Made by a program: the position numbers and the translations under genes
NCBI GenBank assembly: GCA_964016885.1
Contig: OZ024764.1
Location: 2,356,001-2,420,000 of the forward strand
Direction: 5' to 3'
DNA from: Eledone cirrhosa
Lineage: Eukaryota
Length of the DNA stretch: 64,000 nt
Notes under the pieces: generated by a model
Seen by the model: the letters and a program-made list of their open reading frames with translations, nothing else
What the model was told of the DNA's origin: nothing
Database searches by the model: none
Shown here: positions 1-13,239 of the stretch, one piece after another
Position numbering within the stretch: position 1 is the stretch's first letter
Layout: every line of letters begins with the position of its first letter

Positions 1-3000
1 ACTAAAGGGTTTCACTGATAGGGTTATATGTTATAATTCCCCAGTTGACCTATACTAAAGGGCTTCACTGATAGGGTTATATGTTATAATTCCCCAGTTG
101 ACCTATACTAAAGGGTTTCACTGATAGGGTTATATGTTATAATTCCCCAGTTGACCTATACTAAAGGGCTTCACTGATAGGGTTATATGTTATAATTCCC
201 CAGTTGACCTATACTAAAGGGCTTCACTGATAGGGTTATATGTTATAATTCCCCAGTTGACCTATACTAAAGGGGCTTCACTGATAGGGTTATATGTTAT
301 AATTCCCCAGTTGACCTATACTAAAGGGCTTCACTGATAGGGTTATATGTTATAATTTCCCAGTTGACCTATACTAAAGGGCTTCACTGATAGGGTTATA
401 TGTTATAATTCCCCAGTTGACCTATACTAAAGGGCTTCACTGATAGGGTTATATGTTATAATTCCCCAGTTGACCTATACTAAAGGGCTTCACTGATAGG
501 GTTATATGTTATAATTCCCCAGTTGACCTATACTAAAGGGCTTCACTGATAGGGTTATATGTTATAATTCCCCAGTTGACCTATACTAAAGGGTTTCACT
601 GATAGGGTTATATGTTATAATTTCCCAGTTGACCTATACTAAAGGGTTTCACTGATAGGGTTATATGTTATAATTCCCCAGTTGACCTATACTAAAGGGT
701 TTCACTGATAGGGTTATATGTTATAATTTCCCAGTTGACCTATACTAAAGGGTTTCACTGATAGGGTTATATGTTATAATTCCCCAGTTGACCTATACTA
801 AAGGGTTTCACTGATAGGGTTATATGTTATAATTCCCCAGTTGACCTATACTAAAGGGTTTCACTGATAGGGTTATATGTTATAATTTCCCAGTTGACCT
901 ATACTAAAGGGTTTCACTGATAGGGTTATATGTTATAATTCCCCAGTTGACCTATACTAAAGGGTTTCACTGATAGGGTTATATGTTATAATTTCCCAGT
1001 TGACCTATACTAAAGGGTTTCACTGATAGGGTTATATGTTATAATTCCCCAGTTGACCTATACTAAAGGGTTTCACTGATAGGGTTATATGTTATAATTC
1101 CCCAGTTGACCTATACTAAAGGGCTTCACTGATAGGGTTATATGTTATAATTCCCCAGTTGACCTATACTAAAGGGCTTCACTGATAGGGTTATATGTTA
1201 TAATTCCCCAGTTGACCTATACTAAAGGGCTTCACTGATAGGGTTATATGTTATAATTTCCCAGTTGACCTATACTAAAGGGCTTCACTGATAGGGTTAT
1301 ATGTTATAATTCCCCAGTTGACCTATACTAAAGGGCTTCACTGATAGAGTTATATGTTATAATTCCCCAGTTGACCTATACTAAAGGGCTTCACTGATAG
1401 GGTTATATGTTATAATTCCCCAGTTGACCTATACTAAAGGGCTTCACTGATAGGGTTATATGTGTTATAGTTTCCCAGTTGACCTATACTAAAGGGCTTC
1501 ACTGATAGGGTTATATGTTATAATTCCCCAGTTGACCTATACTAAAGGGCTTCACTGATAGGGTTATATGTTATAATTCCCCAGTTGACCTATACTAAAG
1601 GGTTTGACTGATAGGGTTATATGTGTTATAGTTTCCCAGTTGACCTATACTAAAGGGCTTCACTGATAGGGTTATATGTTATAATTCCCCAGTTGACCTA
1701 TACTAAAGGGCTTCACTGATAGGGTTATGTGTTATAATTCCCCAGTTGACCTATACTAAAGGGTTTGACTGATAGGGTTATATGTTATAATTCCCCAGTT
1801 GACCTATACTAAAGGGCTTCACTGATAGGGTTATATGTTATAATATCCAAGTTGACCTATACTAAAGGGCTTCACTGATAGGGTTATATGTTATAATTCC
1901 CCAGTTGACCTATACTAAAGGGCTTCACTGATAGGGTTATATGTGTTATAGTTTCCCAGTTGACCTATACTAAAGGGCTTCACTGATAGGGTTATATGTT
2001 ATAATTCCCCAGTTGACCTATACTAAAGGGCTTCACTGATAGGGTTATATGTTATAATTCCCCAGTTGACCTATACTAAAGGGTTTGACTGATAGGGTTA
2101 TATGTGTTATAGTTTCCCAGTTGACCTATACTAAAGGGCTTCACTGATAGGGTTATATGTTATAATTCCCCAGTTGACCTATACTAAAGGGCTTCACTGA
2201 TAGGGTTATGTGTTATAATTCCCCAGTTGACCTATACTAAAGGGTTTGACTGATAGGGTTATATGTTATAATTCCCCTGTTGACCTATACTAAAGGGCTT
2301 CACTGATAGGGTTATATGTTATAATATCCAAGTTGACCTATACTAAAGGGCTTCACTGATAGGGTTATATGTTATAATTCCCCAGTTGACCTATACTAAA
2401 GGGCTTCACTGATAGGGTTATATGTTATAATTCCCCAGTTGACCTATACTAAAGGGGCTTCACTGATAGGGTTATATGTTATAATTCCCCAGTTGACCTA
2501 TACTAAAGGGGTTTCACTGATAGGGTTATATGTTATAATATCCAAGTTGACCTATACTAAAGGGCTTCACTGATAGGGTTATATGTTATAATTTCCCAGT
2601 TGACCTATACTAAAGGGCTTCACTGATAGGGTTATATGTTATAATTCCCCAGTTGACCTATACTAAAGGGGTTTCACTGATAGGGTTATATGTTATAATT
2701 CCCCAGTTGACCTATACTAAAGGGCTTCACTGATAGGGTTATATGTTATAATTCCCCAGTTGACCTATACTAAAGGGCTTCACTGATAGGGTTATATGTT
2801 ATAATTCCCTAGTTGACCTATACTAAAGGGCTTCACTGATAGAGTTATATGTGTTATAATTCCCCAGTTGACCTATACTAAAGGGCTTCACTGATAGGGT
2901 TATATGTTATAATTTCCCAGTTGACCTATACTAAAGGGCTTCACTGATAGGGTTATGTGTTATAATTCCCCAGTTGACCTATACTAAAGGGCTTCACTGA

Positions 3001-4307
3001 TAGGGTTATATGTTATAATTTCCCAGTTGACCTATACTAAAGGGCTTCACTGATAGGGCTATATGTTATAATTCCCCAGTTGACCTATACTAAAGGGCTT
3101 CACTGATAGGGTTATATGTTATAATTTCCCAGTTGACCTATACTAAAGGGCTTCACTGATAGGGCTATATGTTATAATTTCCCAGTTGACCTATACTAAA
3201 GGGCTTCACTGATAGGGTTATATGTTATAATTCCCCAGTTGACCTATACTAAAGGACTTCACTGATAGGGTTATGTGTTATAATTCCCCAGTTGACCTAT
3301 ACTAAAGGACTTCACTGATAGGGTTATATGTTATAATTTCCCAGTTGACCTATACTAAAGGACTTCACTGATAGGGTTATATGTTATAATTTCCCAGTTG
3401 ACCTATACTAAAGGACTTCACTGATAGGGTTATATGTTATAATTTCCCAGTTGACCTATACTAAAGGACTTCACTGATAGGGTTATGTGTTATAATTCCC
3501 CAGTTGACCTATACTAAAGGACTTCACTGATAGGGTTTTGTGTGTTATAATTTCCCAGTTGACCTATACTAAAGGGCTTCACTGGTAGGGTTATGTTATA
3601 ATTTCCCAGTTGACCTATACTAAAGGGCTTCACTGGTAGGGTTATATGTGTTATAATTTCCCAGTTGACCTATACTAAAGGGTTTCACTGATAGGGTTAT
3701 GTTATAATTTCCCAGTTGACCTATACTAAAGGGCTTCACTGGTAGGGTTATATGTGTTATAATTTCCCAGTTGACCTATACTAAAGGACTTCACTGATAG
3801 GGTTATATGTTATAATTTCCCAGTTGACCTATACTAAAGGACTTCACTGATAGGGTTATATGTTATAATTTCCCAGTTGACCTATACTAAAGGGCTTCAC
3901 TGATAGGGTTATATGTTATAATTTCCCAGTTGACCTATACTAAAGGGCTTCACTGATAGGGTTATATGTTATAATTTCCCAGTTGACCTATACTAAAGGA
4001 CTTCACTGGTAGGGTTATATGTGTTATAATTTCCCAGTTGACCTATACTAAAGGACTTCACTGATAGGGTTATATATGTTATAATTTCCCAGTTGACCTA
4101 TACTAAAGGACTTCACTGTTAGGGTTATATGTTATAATTTCCCAGTTGACCTATACTAAAGGACTTCACTGTTAGGGTTATATGTTATAATTTCCCAGTT
4201 GACCTATACTAAAGGGCTTCACTGATAGGGTTATATGTTATAATTTCCCAGTTGACCTATACTAAAGGGTTTCACTGATAGGGTTGTGTGTGTTATAATT
4301 TCCCAGT
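1..4307. repeat. 53-bp tandem satellite, about 81 copies, running off the left edge
   Basis: Unit ACTAAAGGGCTTCACTGATAGGGTTATATGTTATAATTCCCCAGTTGACCTAT recurs at 1, 54, 107 and onward with no spacers. Confidence 0.97.
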
Positions 4308-4394
4308 TCCATGTTATGGAAAGAAGTTGTGGTGAATCTTTGGAATAGTGCTTAATAAATATTAATGGCCCTAATAGTTGTTCCAATGTTCAAA

Positions 4395-4590
4395 ATGTTT
4401 CCGAAAGTCATGGGAGCTGTGCTGTTTTCTGACTTTGTAGGCATGTCCACGGGTGTTAGACACACGGAATTCAAAAAGATGCTCAGGATTGTTGTTGGAA
4501 AGATGGTTAACAATTTTGTGGGTGTTTACCAAGTCAGTTGCCAGATGTCGGAGCTTCAATGTATCCATGCCCAGGGAAGCAAGGCATTCA
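4395..4590 (-). mobile_element. CR1-type LINE ORF2 3' fragment
   Basis: ORF 4371..4568 MDTLKLRHLATDLVNTHKIVNHL...TRGHAYK; closely matches the copy at 50780-50960. Confidence 0.75.
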
Positions 4591-5149
4591 ACAACAAAAA
4601 CAGGAGATGTGTGGGTGAGACAGGGGTGATAGAAAATTTTAAAAAATAACTTGCAAAGTTAATCTACAGTCAGTAGGCCCCTCCAAACCAAACACGCTAC
4701 CCCACTCCCGCTAACACCACCCTTTCTCTATAAAGTTATGTTGGTACCACAACATCCAGTCCTAACTAATGAAGTTGTATAGGTGTCACGACAAAAAAAA
4801 AAAAACACACAGTCCACGCTGTAAACAACTCCCGTCTAAACCCATGCTAGCGTGCAAGATAGACGTTAAACAATGATGATGATGAACAGGAGCGGAGTGT
4901 AAGCTGCATGGGGGGGGGGGGGATAGACAACAGGCAACCGCCATCTGTATGACCACTTGATGGAGATGAGGAAGAAGAGATAAGCTCCTATCAGCTTACT
5001 ACTTAGGAACAATTTCACTGAAATACAACAGATACCATTACAATACTAGCAGAGATACCATCAGGTACCAGCTTTGAGATATAACTTCTCTTCCACTTAA
5101 CTATACTTCATTCTCCAGTTAACTCCTTATTATTATTATTATTGGCAAA

Positions 5150-5345
5150 GGGCAGTGGATTGGCAGTATCGGTAGAGGGTCGGACGCCATGCTTTGCAGC
5201 ATAGTGTTACGGCCCTTGCCAGTCTGAGTTCAAATCCCACCGAGGTTAACTTTGCCTTTCATCCATACGGGGTTGATAAAATAAAGTACCAGTAATACAC
5301 TGGGATAATTGCTGGCCTTGTGCCAAAAGTAGAAACAATTATTAT
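5150..5345 (+). mobile_element. tRNA-derived SINE with a Nin/Deu-like core. Further copies at about 8105-8295(-), 16920-17010(-), 38555-38700(-), 51625-51820(+), 57190-57560(+, two partial), 60395-60585(-), 60782-60970(+)
   Basis: A-box-like TGGCAGTATCGGTAGAG, B-box-like GAGTTCAAATCC, core GCCTTTCATCC..CGGGGTCGATAAAATAAAGTACCAG, (ATT)n tail. Confidence 0.8.
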
Positions 5346-5670
5346 TAATCTTTACCTCCTTCTCTTTCTTCGTCAGCTTTCTTCTTCTTCTTCTTATTTC
5401 TTTGTTTTCTCCTCTCCCTCATCCTCCTACCTCTTCTACCCCCACTAGTATCACCACCACCCCACCATCTTCCCCCTCCCCTTCTTCCTCCTTCCCATTA
5501 TACTAATTATAATTAAGATAAAGCCAGGAGAGAGACAGGAAGAAGGTGATATATTATATGATACAGGGGGAGCGGGGGGGGGGTCATTAAAAAGGGGAGA
5601 TTAGAGTTATCAAGGATAGGAAACAGAGGATAGAAATATTTTATATATTTCTACATTTAGATTGGAATAA

Positions 5671-6165
<495 letters not shown>

Positions 6166-6213
6166 TATACACAATATATTAATAAATGGAAACTATATTT
6201 ATAAAACCATATT

Positions 6214-6279
6214 TATTTTATTATATATATTTCAAGGGCCGCCAAGGCAAATTATGGTGCACTTTCATCAGATAAAATA
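6214..6279 (-). ncRNA. Type I hammerhead ribozyme motif, family A
   Basis: Minus strand: TATTTTAT-CTGATGA-aagtgcaccataatttgccttggcggccctt-GAAA-tatata-TA-ATAAAATA. Confidence 0.72.
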
Positions 6280-6572
6280 CAATACAGATTTGTTTTATAA
6301 ATAAATATTGACATACCCTGAAAAAAAGACAACCTTAACGGTTGGAGCTTCCTGGATAGTGGAGATATTACATTTATTGAGGGTGATAGAAAGTTATGAG
6401 CGAGTATGCAAATGAGTGTCCAAAAAGTTGAAAAGATAACGGGTTATTTAAATTAAACTGTTGGAAGAGTACCACCCTCAATAAAATAATATCTCCACTA
6501 TCCAGGAAGCTCCAACCGTTAAGGTTGTCTTTTTTTCCGGGTATGTCAATATTTATTTATAAAACAAATCTG

Positions 6573-6638
6573 TATTTTATCTGATGAAAGTGCACCATAA
6601 TTTGCCTTGGTTGCCCTTGAAATATGTATAATAAAATA
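6573..6638 (+). ncRNA. Type I hammerhead ribozyme motif, family A
   Basis: TATTTTAT-CTGATGA-stem II-GAAA-tatgta-TA-ATAAAATA; perfect 8-bp stem I; AUA triplet. Confidence 0.78.
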
Positions 6639-6770
6639 AATATGGTTTTATAAATATAATTTCCATTTATTAATATATTGTGTATTTACTCCACTACCTG
6701 TTGAGTGCTTTATATCAGTTATAAAAATGTTTAAGCTTGTTGAATCCCAACAAATTGAATATAACCTTTG

Positions 6771-6805
<35 letters not shown>

Positions 6806-6829
6806 ACACGTGTGTGTAAATAAGACACA

Positions 6830-6860
<31 letters not shown>

Positions 6861-8381
6861 CATCATCGTCATTTTACGTCCGCTTCTCCCTGCTTGCAAG
6901 GGTGGGACGGGTCCTATTCAGCACAGCATCTCTCCACTTGTCACGGTCCTTCGTCATCTCCTCCGTGAGCTTCAGCGATCTCAGATCAGCTCTCACCACT
7001 GCCGCCCATATTTTTTGTGGCCTTCCTCGACTGACTACATCTTCCTTCCACTTAGATTTCTTGCTATTTCTTCACCCAGCGGTCTACCTCCATGTGCATC
7101 ACATGTCCATCCCATCACAGTCTTCTCTCCTGCACACTACAAATTATCCCTCTTATACATCAACATCATCATCATCATCATTTTACGTCCGCTTTTCCCT
7201 GCTTGCAAGGGTGGGAATGGAACTGATTGTGGCTTGATTTCTACAGCTGGATGCCCTTCCTAACACCAACCTCATTTACAGTGAGTGCTGGGTGCTTTTT
7301 TGTCGTGGCACCTCCACGTCTACTTTACAGTGGAATGATAGGGACTGGATAGTAAACTGGAGCAATGTGAAATAAAGTGTCTTGCTCAAGGAAACAACAC
7401 ATCACCCGGTCTGATAATTGAACTCACAACCTTTCGATTGCAAGGCCAATGTTCTAACCACTAAGCCATGTCCCTCCACACACATATATATATATATATA
7501 TATGAAAAGAGTCAGGACCCCGACGGCTGAGCTCCGGCCGTTTCGACAGATCCGAACCCGATTGTGTGTTTACCCAGAGTGGGTATTATTCAGGTAAGGA
7601 GCTGGAGCTTGGTAGTAATGTCGTGATTTGAGTGCTCCACAACAGAAATAGGAGCTAAAGAAGTTCAGATCTAGCTGTCGAAACAGCTAGAGCTCAGAAG
7701 TCAGGGTCCTGACTCTTTTCCTATTACCCACTCTACTACCCTAAGTATTGAGTACTCTGGTGCGTCATGGTCCACCTGGTTCATTACCACACCCACTTTG
7801 TTATATATCATCATCATCATCATCATCTTCGTTTAACGTCCATTTTCCACGCTAGCATGGGTTAGACGGGAGTTTTTCCACTTGAGGCAAGGCTGGTCGG
7901 ATGACCGTGTCTCGCTTGTACAGGACTGTATCTGGCAGGTTTTCTACAGCTGGATGCCCTTCCTAACACCAACCTCATTTACAGTGTGGAACTGGGAACT
8001 TTTACTGTGTTACCTACACGGCCACATTACAGCGTGGACTGTGTGTATATATGTATGTATGTATGTATGTGTGTGTGTAAATAAGATAGATATGTATATA
8101 TATAATAATTGTCTCTACTTTTGGCACAAGGCCAGCAATTACCCAGTACATTACTGGTACTTTATTTTGTCAACCTCGTAAGGATGAAAGGCAAAGTTAA
8201 CCTTGGCGGGATTTGAACTCAGACCGTAAAGAGACGTAACTATGCTGGAAAGCATGGCGTCCAACCCTCTACCGATACTGCCAATCCACCGCCATATATA
8301 ATAATAATAATTTGTTTTTGAATTTGTTTTGTGAGATTTCTTATCTGAAAACAATAGAGGGACACACAAAATAAAAACCTA

Positions 8382-8424
8382 GTCACTGAGGAGGTCACAG
8401 AATGTGTGATGAAAGAGCTTTGAC
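8382..8424 (+). ncRNA. Minimal hammerhead motif, family C
   Basis: GTCA-CTGAGGA-g-GTCACA-gaatg-TGTGAT-GAAA-gagc-TT-TGAC. Confidence 0.7.
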
Positions 8425-8615
8425 AATATATAAACAACCTTCCGGTTAACAAACCAACCAGCCAACAACCATAAACTCATAATAAATTGAAGTGAAAACC
8501 AACAGGCGTGTGTGTTTTTATTGGCAACATGACCCTCCCAAAGTATGTCAACATGAATGGACCTATTATTTTTATCTAAAGACATTTTTTCCAATTCCAC
8601 CCCACCCATCCCCTT

Positions 8616-9132
8616 CCTGGTTTGTTACATGGTCACTCCATTTAATCCCCAGGATCTTTCGCAGACATCTGGAATCGAATGCGTCCAACTTCTTCTCTTG
8701 GCTGGTCTAAAGGTGCCATGTTTCACTTCCGTACAAGAGTATGGATAGCACGTTGCTGTTGTAGAATCTCATCTTTGTTTTCAGGGTGAACTTCCTGCTC
8801 TTCCAGATCTTGTCAAGCTGGTTAAATGCTGCTGAAACCTTTCTCAACCAGCAGCTAGTCTCTTCTGCCATCTGCAAGCGACGCCTGGGCTGGTTTGGGC
8901 ACGCTTTGAGACTTCCCCCGGAGAGACTGGCGAACCAAGTACTTAAATGGAGCCCGCAGGGAAGCAGACGGAGAGGGCGACCCAAAATGAACTGGTGCCA
9001 GTCAGTTGAGAGGGACCTGCGAGCGACAAACAGACAATGGCGGGGCGCTGTGCAGCTGGCTGCTGACCGAACGCGATGGAACACTATGATTGCCTCATGC
9101 GTCGCAAGACGCGGGAGCTTCTGAGTCTGAGT
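8616..9132 (+). mobile_element. 5'-inverted RTE-type LINE fragment with a 9-bp TSD
   Basis: About 8616-8845 reads on minus (IWKSRKFTLKTKMRFYNSNVLSILLYGSETW); about 8845-9124 reads on plus (RRLGWFGHALR...RRRGRPKMNW); (CTGAGT)2 tail; CATCCCCTT at 8607-8615 and 9133-9141. Confidence 0.85.
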
Positions 9133-9164
9133 CATCCCCTTAATCTATTTTATTTCTCATTCTT

Positions 9165-9200
9165 TCTTCTGATGAAGGACCAGCGTCCGAAACGTTAAGA
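9165..9200 (+). ncRNA. Minimal Penelope-type hammerhead motif, family D
   Basis: TCTT-CTGATGA-a-GGAC-cagc-GTCC-GAAAC-GTT-AAGA; palindromic stem III region AACGTT. Confidence 0.78.
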
Positions 9201-9291
9201 CCCTCTTCCTGCTATATCAAGCGTTAAACTAATATATACCTTCCATATACTGTACTGATTGTGTTGTTATTTCTGTTTACCTTTTACATAA

Positions 9292-9319
<28 letters not shown>

Positions 9320-9323
<4 letters not shown>

Positions 9324-10016
9324 TGTTATATTTGGGGAGGGTCATATTTGCGTAATATTGCCAGAATTAATAACAGAACACACTCACTGTTTGGTTGGTT
9401 TTCGCTTCTCGCTGTCTTTTATATATATATATCTGCGATCTAACTTACTCGGTCCTCAATGTTGCCATTGACTGACCAGCGGTCAAAAATAATACAGATA
9501 CAATATAGACACAAACACATATATATATATAGTTTACATAATTTACATAAATCTTTCGTTGCACATCTGCAACATCGTCAGTGGTGTTATATTCATTGTT
9601 CCTCCTGTTGTGTTGTATGTCTACGCCATTTTTTTTTTGTTCAGTCTGTCTATATATTTATTTATTTATTTGCTTGTTTGTTTATCTTATTTTATTTTGT
9701 CTTCTTTGCGCATGCGTTTGCGTGTGTGTATAGGAGGAACAATGAATATAACACCACTGACGATGTTGCAGATGTGCAACGAAAGATTTATGTAAATTAT
9801 GTAAACTATATATATATGTGTTTGTGTCTATATTGTATCTGTATTATTTTTGACCGCCGGTCAGTCAATGGCAACATTGAGGACCGAGTAAGTTAGATCG
9901 CAGATATATATATATAAAAGACAGCGAGAAGCGAAAACCAACCAAACAGTGAGTGTGTTCTGTTATTAATTCTGGCAATATTACGCAAATATGACCCTCC
10001 CCAAATATAACAATAT
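9320..10016. mobile_element. Near-perfect inverted repeat (arms 9320-9606 and 9732-10016, about 125-bp spacer), Penelope-like
   Basis: Arms of about 285 bp; family C hammerhead cores at 9545-9585(-) and 9753-9793(+); related segments at 14345-14590, 30160-30280 and 31095-31255. Confidence 0.75.
9753..9793 (+). ncRNA. Hammerhead-like motif, family C variant (mirror copy at 9545-9585, minus)
   Basis: CTGACGA-t-GTTGCA-gatg-TGCAAC-GAAA-gatt-TA; stem I is weak. Confidence 0.55.
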
Positions 10017-10070
10017 CTGTTTCGACACACGATTTCATATAAAAAACCTCGCAAAACTAATTCATCGCCG

Positions 10071-10119
<49 letters not shown>

Positions 10120-10149
10120 TATATATATATACATGTAAAGCCTACATTC

Positions 10150-10560
10150 TTAGTTAAACTTCCTGAGATCCCACTCATCTCTTGTGTAACCATAGCATAC
10201 ATTTGGGACAGAGAATGGAATTCCTACCTACACCTTTCTTACATACTGAGAAAGGCCATTTCCCTGAGTGGATCTGGGTTCTGTTTTCTTATCTACTTAC
10301 GAACCCCTTCTTTCTAGTCCCTGCTTCCATGCTTGAATTTCTTCTCTAGTTCCATCATAGATTCGGCTATAAGTGTAAGATCATCTGCGTACAGAAGTTC
10401 CTATGTGCATCTGGTCTTAAACTCCTCTGTTATAGCCTGCAATACTATAATAAACAGGAGAGGGCTAAGAACAGAGCCCTGGTGGACACTGACATGTATG
10501 CTAAATTAGTCGCTCTAGTCATTGTTAACCCTAACTTTGCTCACTACTCCCCTGTACATT
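10150..10560 (-). mobile_element. RTE-type LINE reverse transcriptase fragment, degenerate
   Basis: Minus frame VHQGSVLSPLLFIIVLQAITEEFK...*ELLYADDL with an internal stop. Confidence 0.8.
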
Positions 10561-11190
10561 GAAACTATAAATATTGAGAACATAAATCACAGAGATTAGA
10601 TGAAATATAACCTACAAAATAAACAAAGTGAAGAGATTTGGCAAGAATTAGACAGGAAGAACGAGTGATGGAGTGGCTACATTTAGAATAAACCGCACCA
10701 AACCAAAGATAAAGAAAAAAATGAAAAGAAATGAAAAGAATTTTGAACTAAAAAAAATTATATTTACCCTGAATGCAAGGAGGAAGGGGTGGGGCTGTTT
10801 CTGTTTTTTTATGCAAATCGGAAATAAGCCATTCTAAGTATATCTACTACTGCGGAATGGAGTGGAATGGACCTCAGTCAGTTTCTAAGAGTCCTTCAGT
10901 TGTTTGATCAATGGCAGCAACCTGCTCATGAAAAAAATAAAAGTGTAAAAAGGCTAAGCATTCCACAGACATCTATATATACACACACACACACACACAT
11001 CTATATATATATACACACACACACATCTATATATATATACACACACACACATATATATATACACACACACACATATATATACACACACACACATATATAC
11101 ACACACACACACATATATATACACACACACATATATACACACACACACACATATATATATACACACAGACATATACACACACACATATAT

Positions 11191-11223
<33 letters not shown>

Positions 11224-11232
11224 TACATATAT

Positions 11233-11285
<53 letters not shown>

Positions 11286-11331
11286 CATATACACACAGAC
11301 ATATATATATATATATATATATATACAATAT

Positions 11332-11363
<32 letters not shown>

Positions 11364-12137
11364 CACACACATATATATATATACAATATATATATATATA
11401 CACACATATATATACAATATATATATATATACACATATATATACAATATATATATATATATATACAACAGATATATATATATATACAATATATATATATA
11501 TATATACAATATATATATATATATATATACAATATATATATATATATACACACACATATATACAATATATATATATATATATACAATATATATATATATA
11601 TATACACACACATATATACAATATATATATATTACATATATATTATATACAATATATATATATATATACAATATATATATATTACATATATATATATAAC
11701 CCATGCTAGCGTGGAAAACGGACGTTAAATGAAGATGATGATGATAATGATATATATATATATATAATATATATATATATTATAAATCATCATCATCATC
11801 ATCATTTTACATCCGCTTTTCCCTGCTTGCAAGGGTGGGACGGGAACTGATTCTGGCTTGATTTCTACAGCTGGATGCCCTTCCTAACACCAACCTCATT
11901 TACAGTGAGTGCTGGGTGATTTTTTGCCGTGGCACCTCCACGACCACTTTGCAGTGGAATGATAGGGACCCCAGTCCCTATCATCTCATTTCTACAGCTG
12001 AGTAAACTGGAGCAATGTGAAATAAAGTGTCTTGCTCAAGGAAACAACACATCACCCGGTCTGAGAATTGAACTCACAACCTTTCGATTGCAAGGCCAAT
12101 GCTCGAACCACTAAGCCATGTGCCTCCATGTATGTAC

Positions 12138-12172
<35 letters not shown>

Positions 12173-12337
12173 AGTGTATATATGTGTGAAGGCACGTGGC
12201 TGAGTGGAATTGGATTCACAATCATGGGGTTGTGAGTTCGATTCCCAGACTAGGTTTTTATTTTGTGTCTCTCTCCTTTGACAAAAACAAGATGGTGTAG
12301 GATATAACAAAGGAGAGACACACAAAATAAAAACCCA

Positions 12338-12380
12338 GTCACTGAGGAGGTCACAGAATGTGTGACGAAAGAACTTTGAC
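12338..12380 (+). ncRNA. Minimal hammerhead motif, family C
   Basis: GTCA-CTGAGGA-g-GTCACA-gaatg-TGTGAC-GAAA-gaac-TT-TGAC. Confidence 0.72.
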
Positions 12381-12546
12381 AATATATACACAACCATCCA
12401 GTTATTGAACCAACCAGCCAACCAGAAACTTATAATAAATTGAAGTGAAAACCAACAGAAGCGTGTGTTTTTATTGGCAACATGACCCTCCCAAAGTATA
12501 ACAACAGACGTTTTCAGATAAGAAATCTTGCAATACAAAAACGTAT

Positions 12547-12663
<117 letters not shown>

Positions 12664-13071
12664 CACATAGCTTAGTGGTTAGAGCATTGGCCTTGCAATC
12701 GAAAGGTTGTGAGTTCAATTCTCAGACCGGGTGATGTGTTGTTTCCTTGAGCAAGACACTTTATTTCACATTGCTCCAGTTTACTCAGCTGTAGAAATGA
12801 GATGATAGGGACTAGGGTCCCTATCATTCCACTGTAAAGTGGATGTGTAGGTGCCACAGCAAAAAAGCACCCAGCACTCACTGTAAATGAGGTTGGTGTT
12901 AAGAAGGGCATCCAGCTGTAGAAATCAAGCCAGAATCAGTTCCCGTCCCACCCTTGCAAGCAGGGAAAAGCGGACGTAAAATGATGATGATGATATATAT
13001 CCAGGAAGCTCCAACCGTTAAGGTTGTCTTTTTTTCAGGGTATGTCAATATTTATTTATAAAACTAATCTG

Positions 13072-13137
13072 TATTTTATCTGATGAAAGCGCACCATAAT
13101 TTGCCTTGGCGGGCCTTGAAATATGTATAATAAAATA
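13072..13137 (+). ncRNA. Type I hammerhead motif, family A
   Basis: TATTTTAT-CTGATGA...GAAA-tatgta-TA-ATAAAATA; distal stem II partly decayed. Confidence 0.65.
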
Positions 13138-13239
13138 AATATGGTTTTATAAATATAGTTTCCATTTGTTAATATATTGTATATATATATATATATGCAT
13201 ATATGTGTATATGTATGTGTATATATGTAAATGTGTATA

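Larger units (their letters stand above)
6169..6683. mobile_element. Inverted repeat (arms about 6169-6385 and 6473-6683), probable Penelope-like element pLTR pair
   Basis: Arms of about 210 bp are reverse complements and each carries a family A hammerhead motif. Confidence 0.7.

Noticed and set aside
1-4307. CRISPR-like regular array
   Set aside because: Units are head-to-tail with no unique spacers, no cas genes are present, and the context is eukaryotic; this is a satellite.
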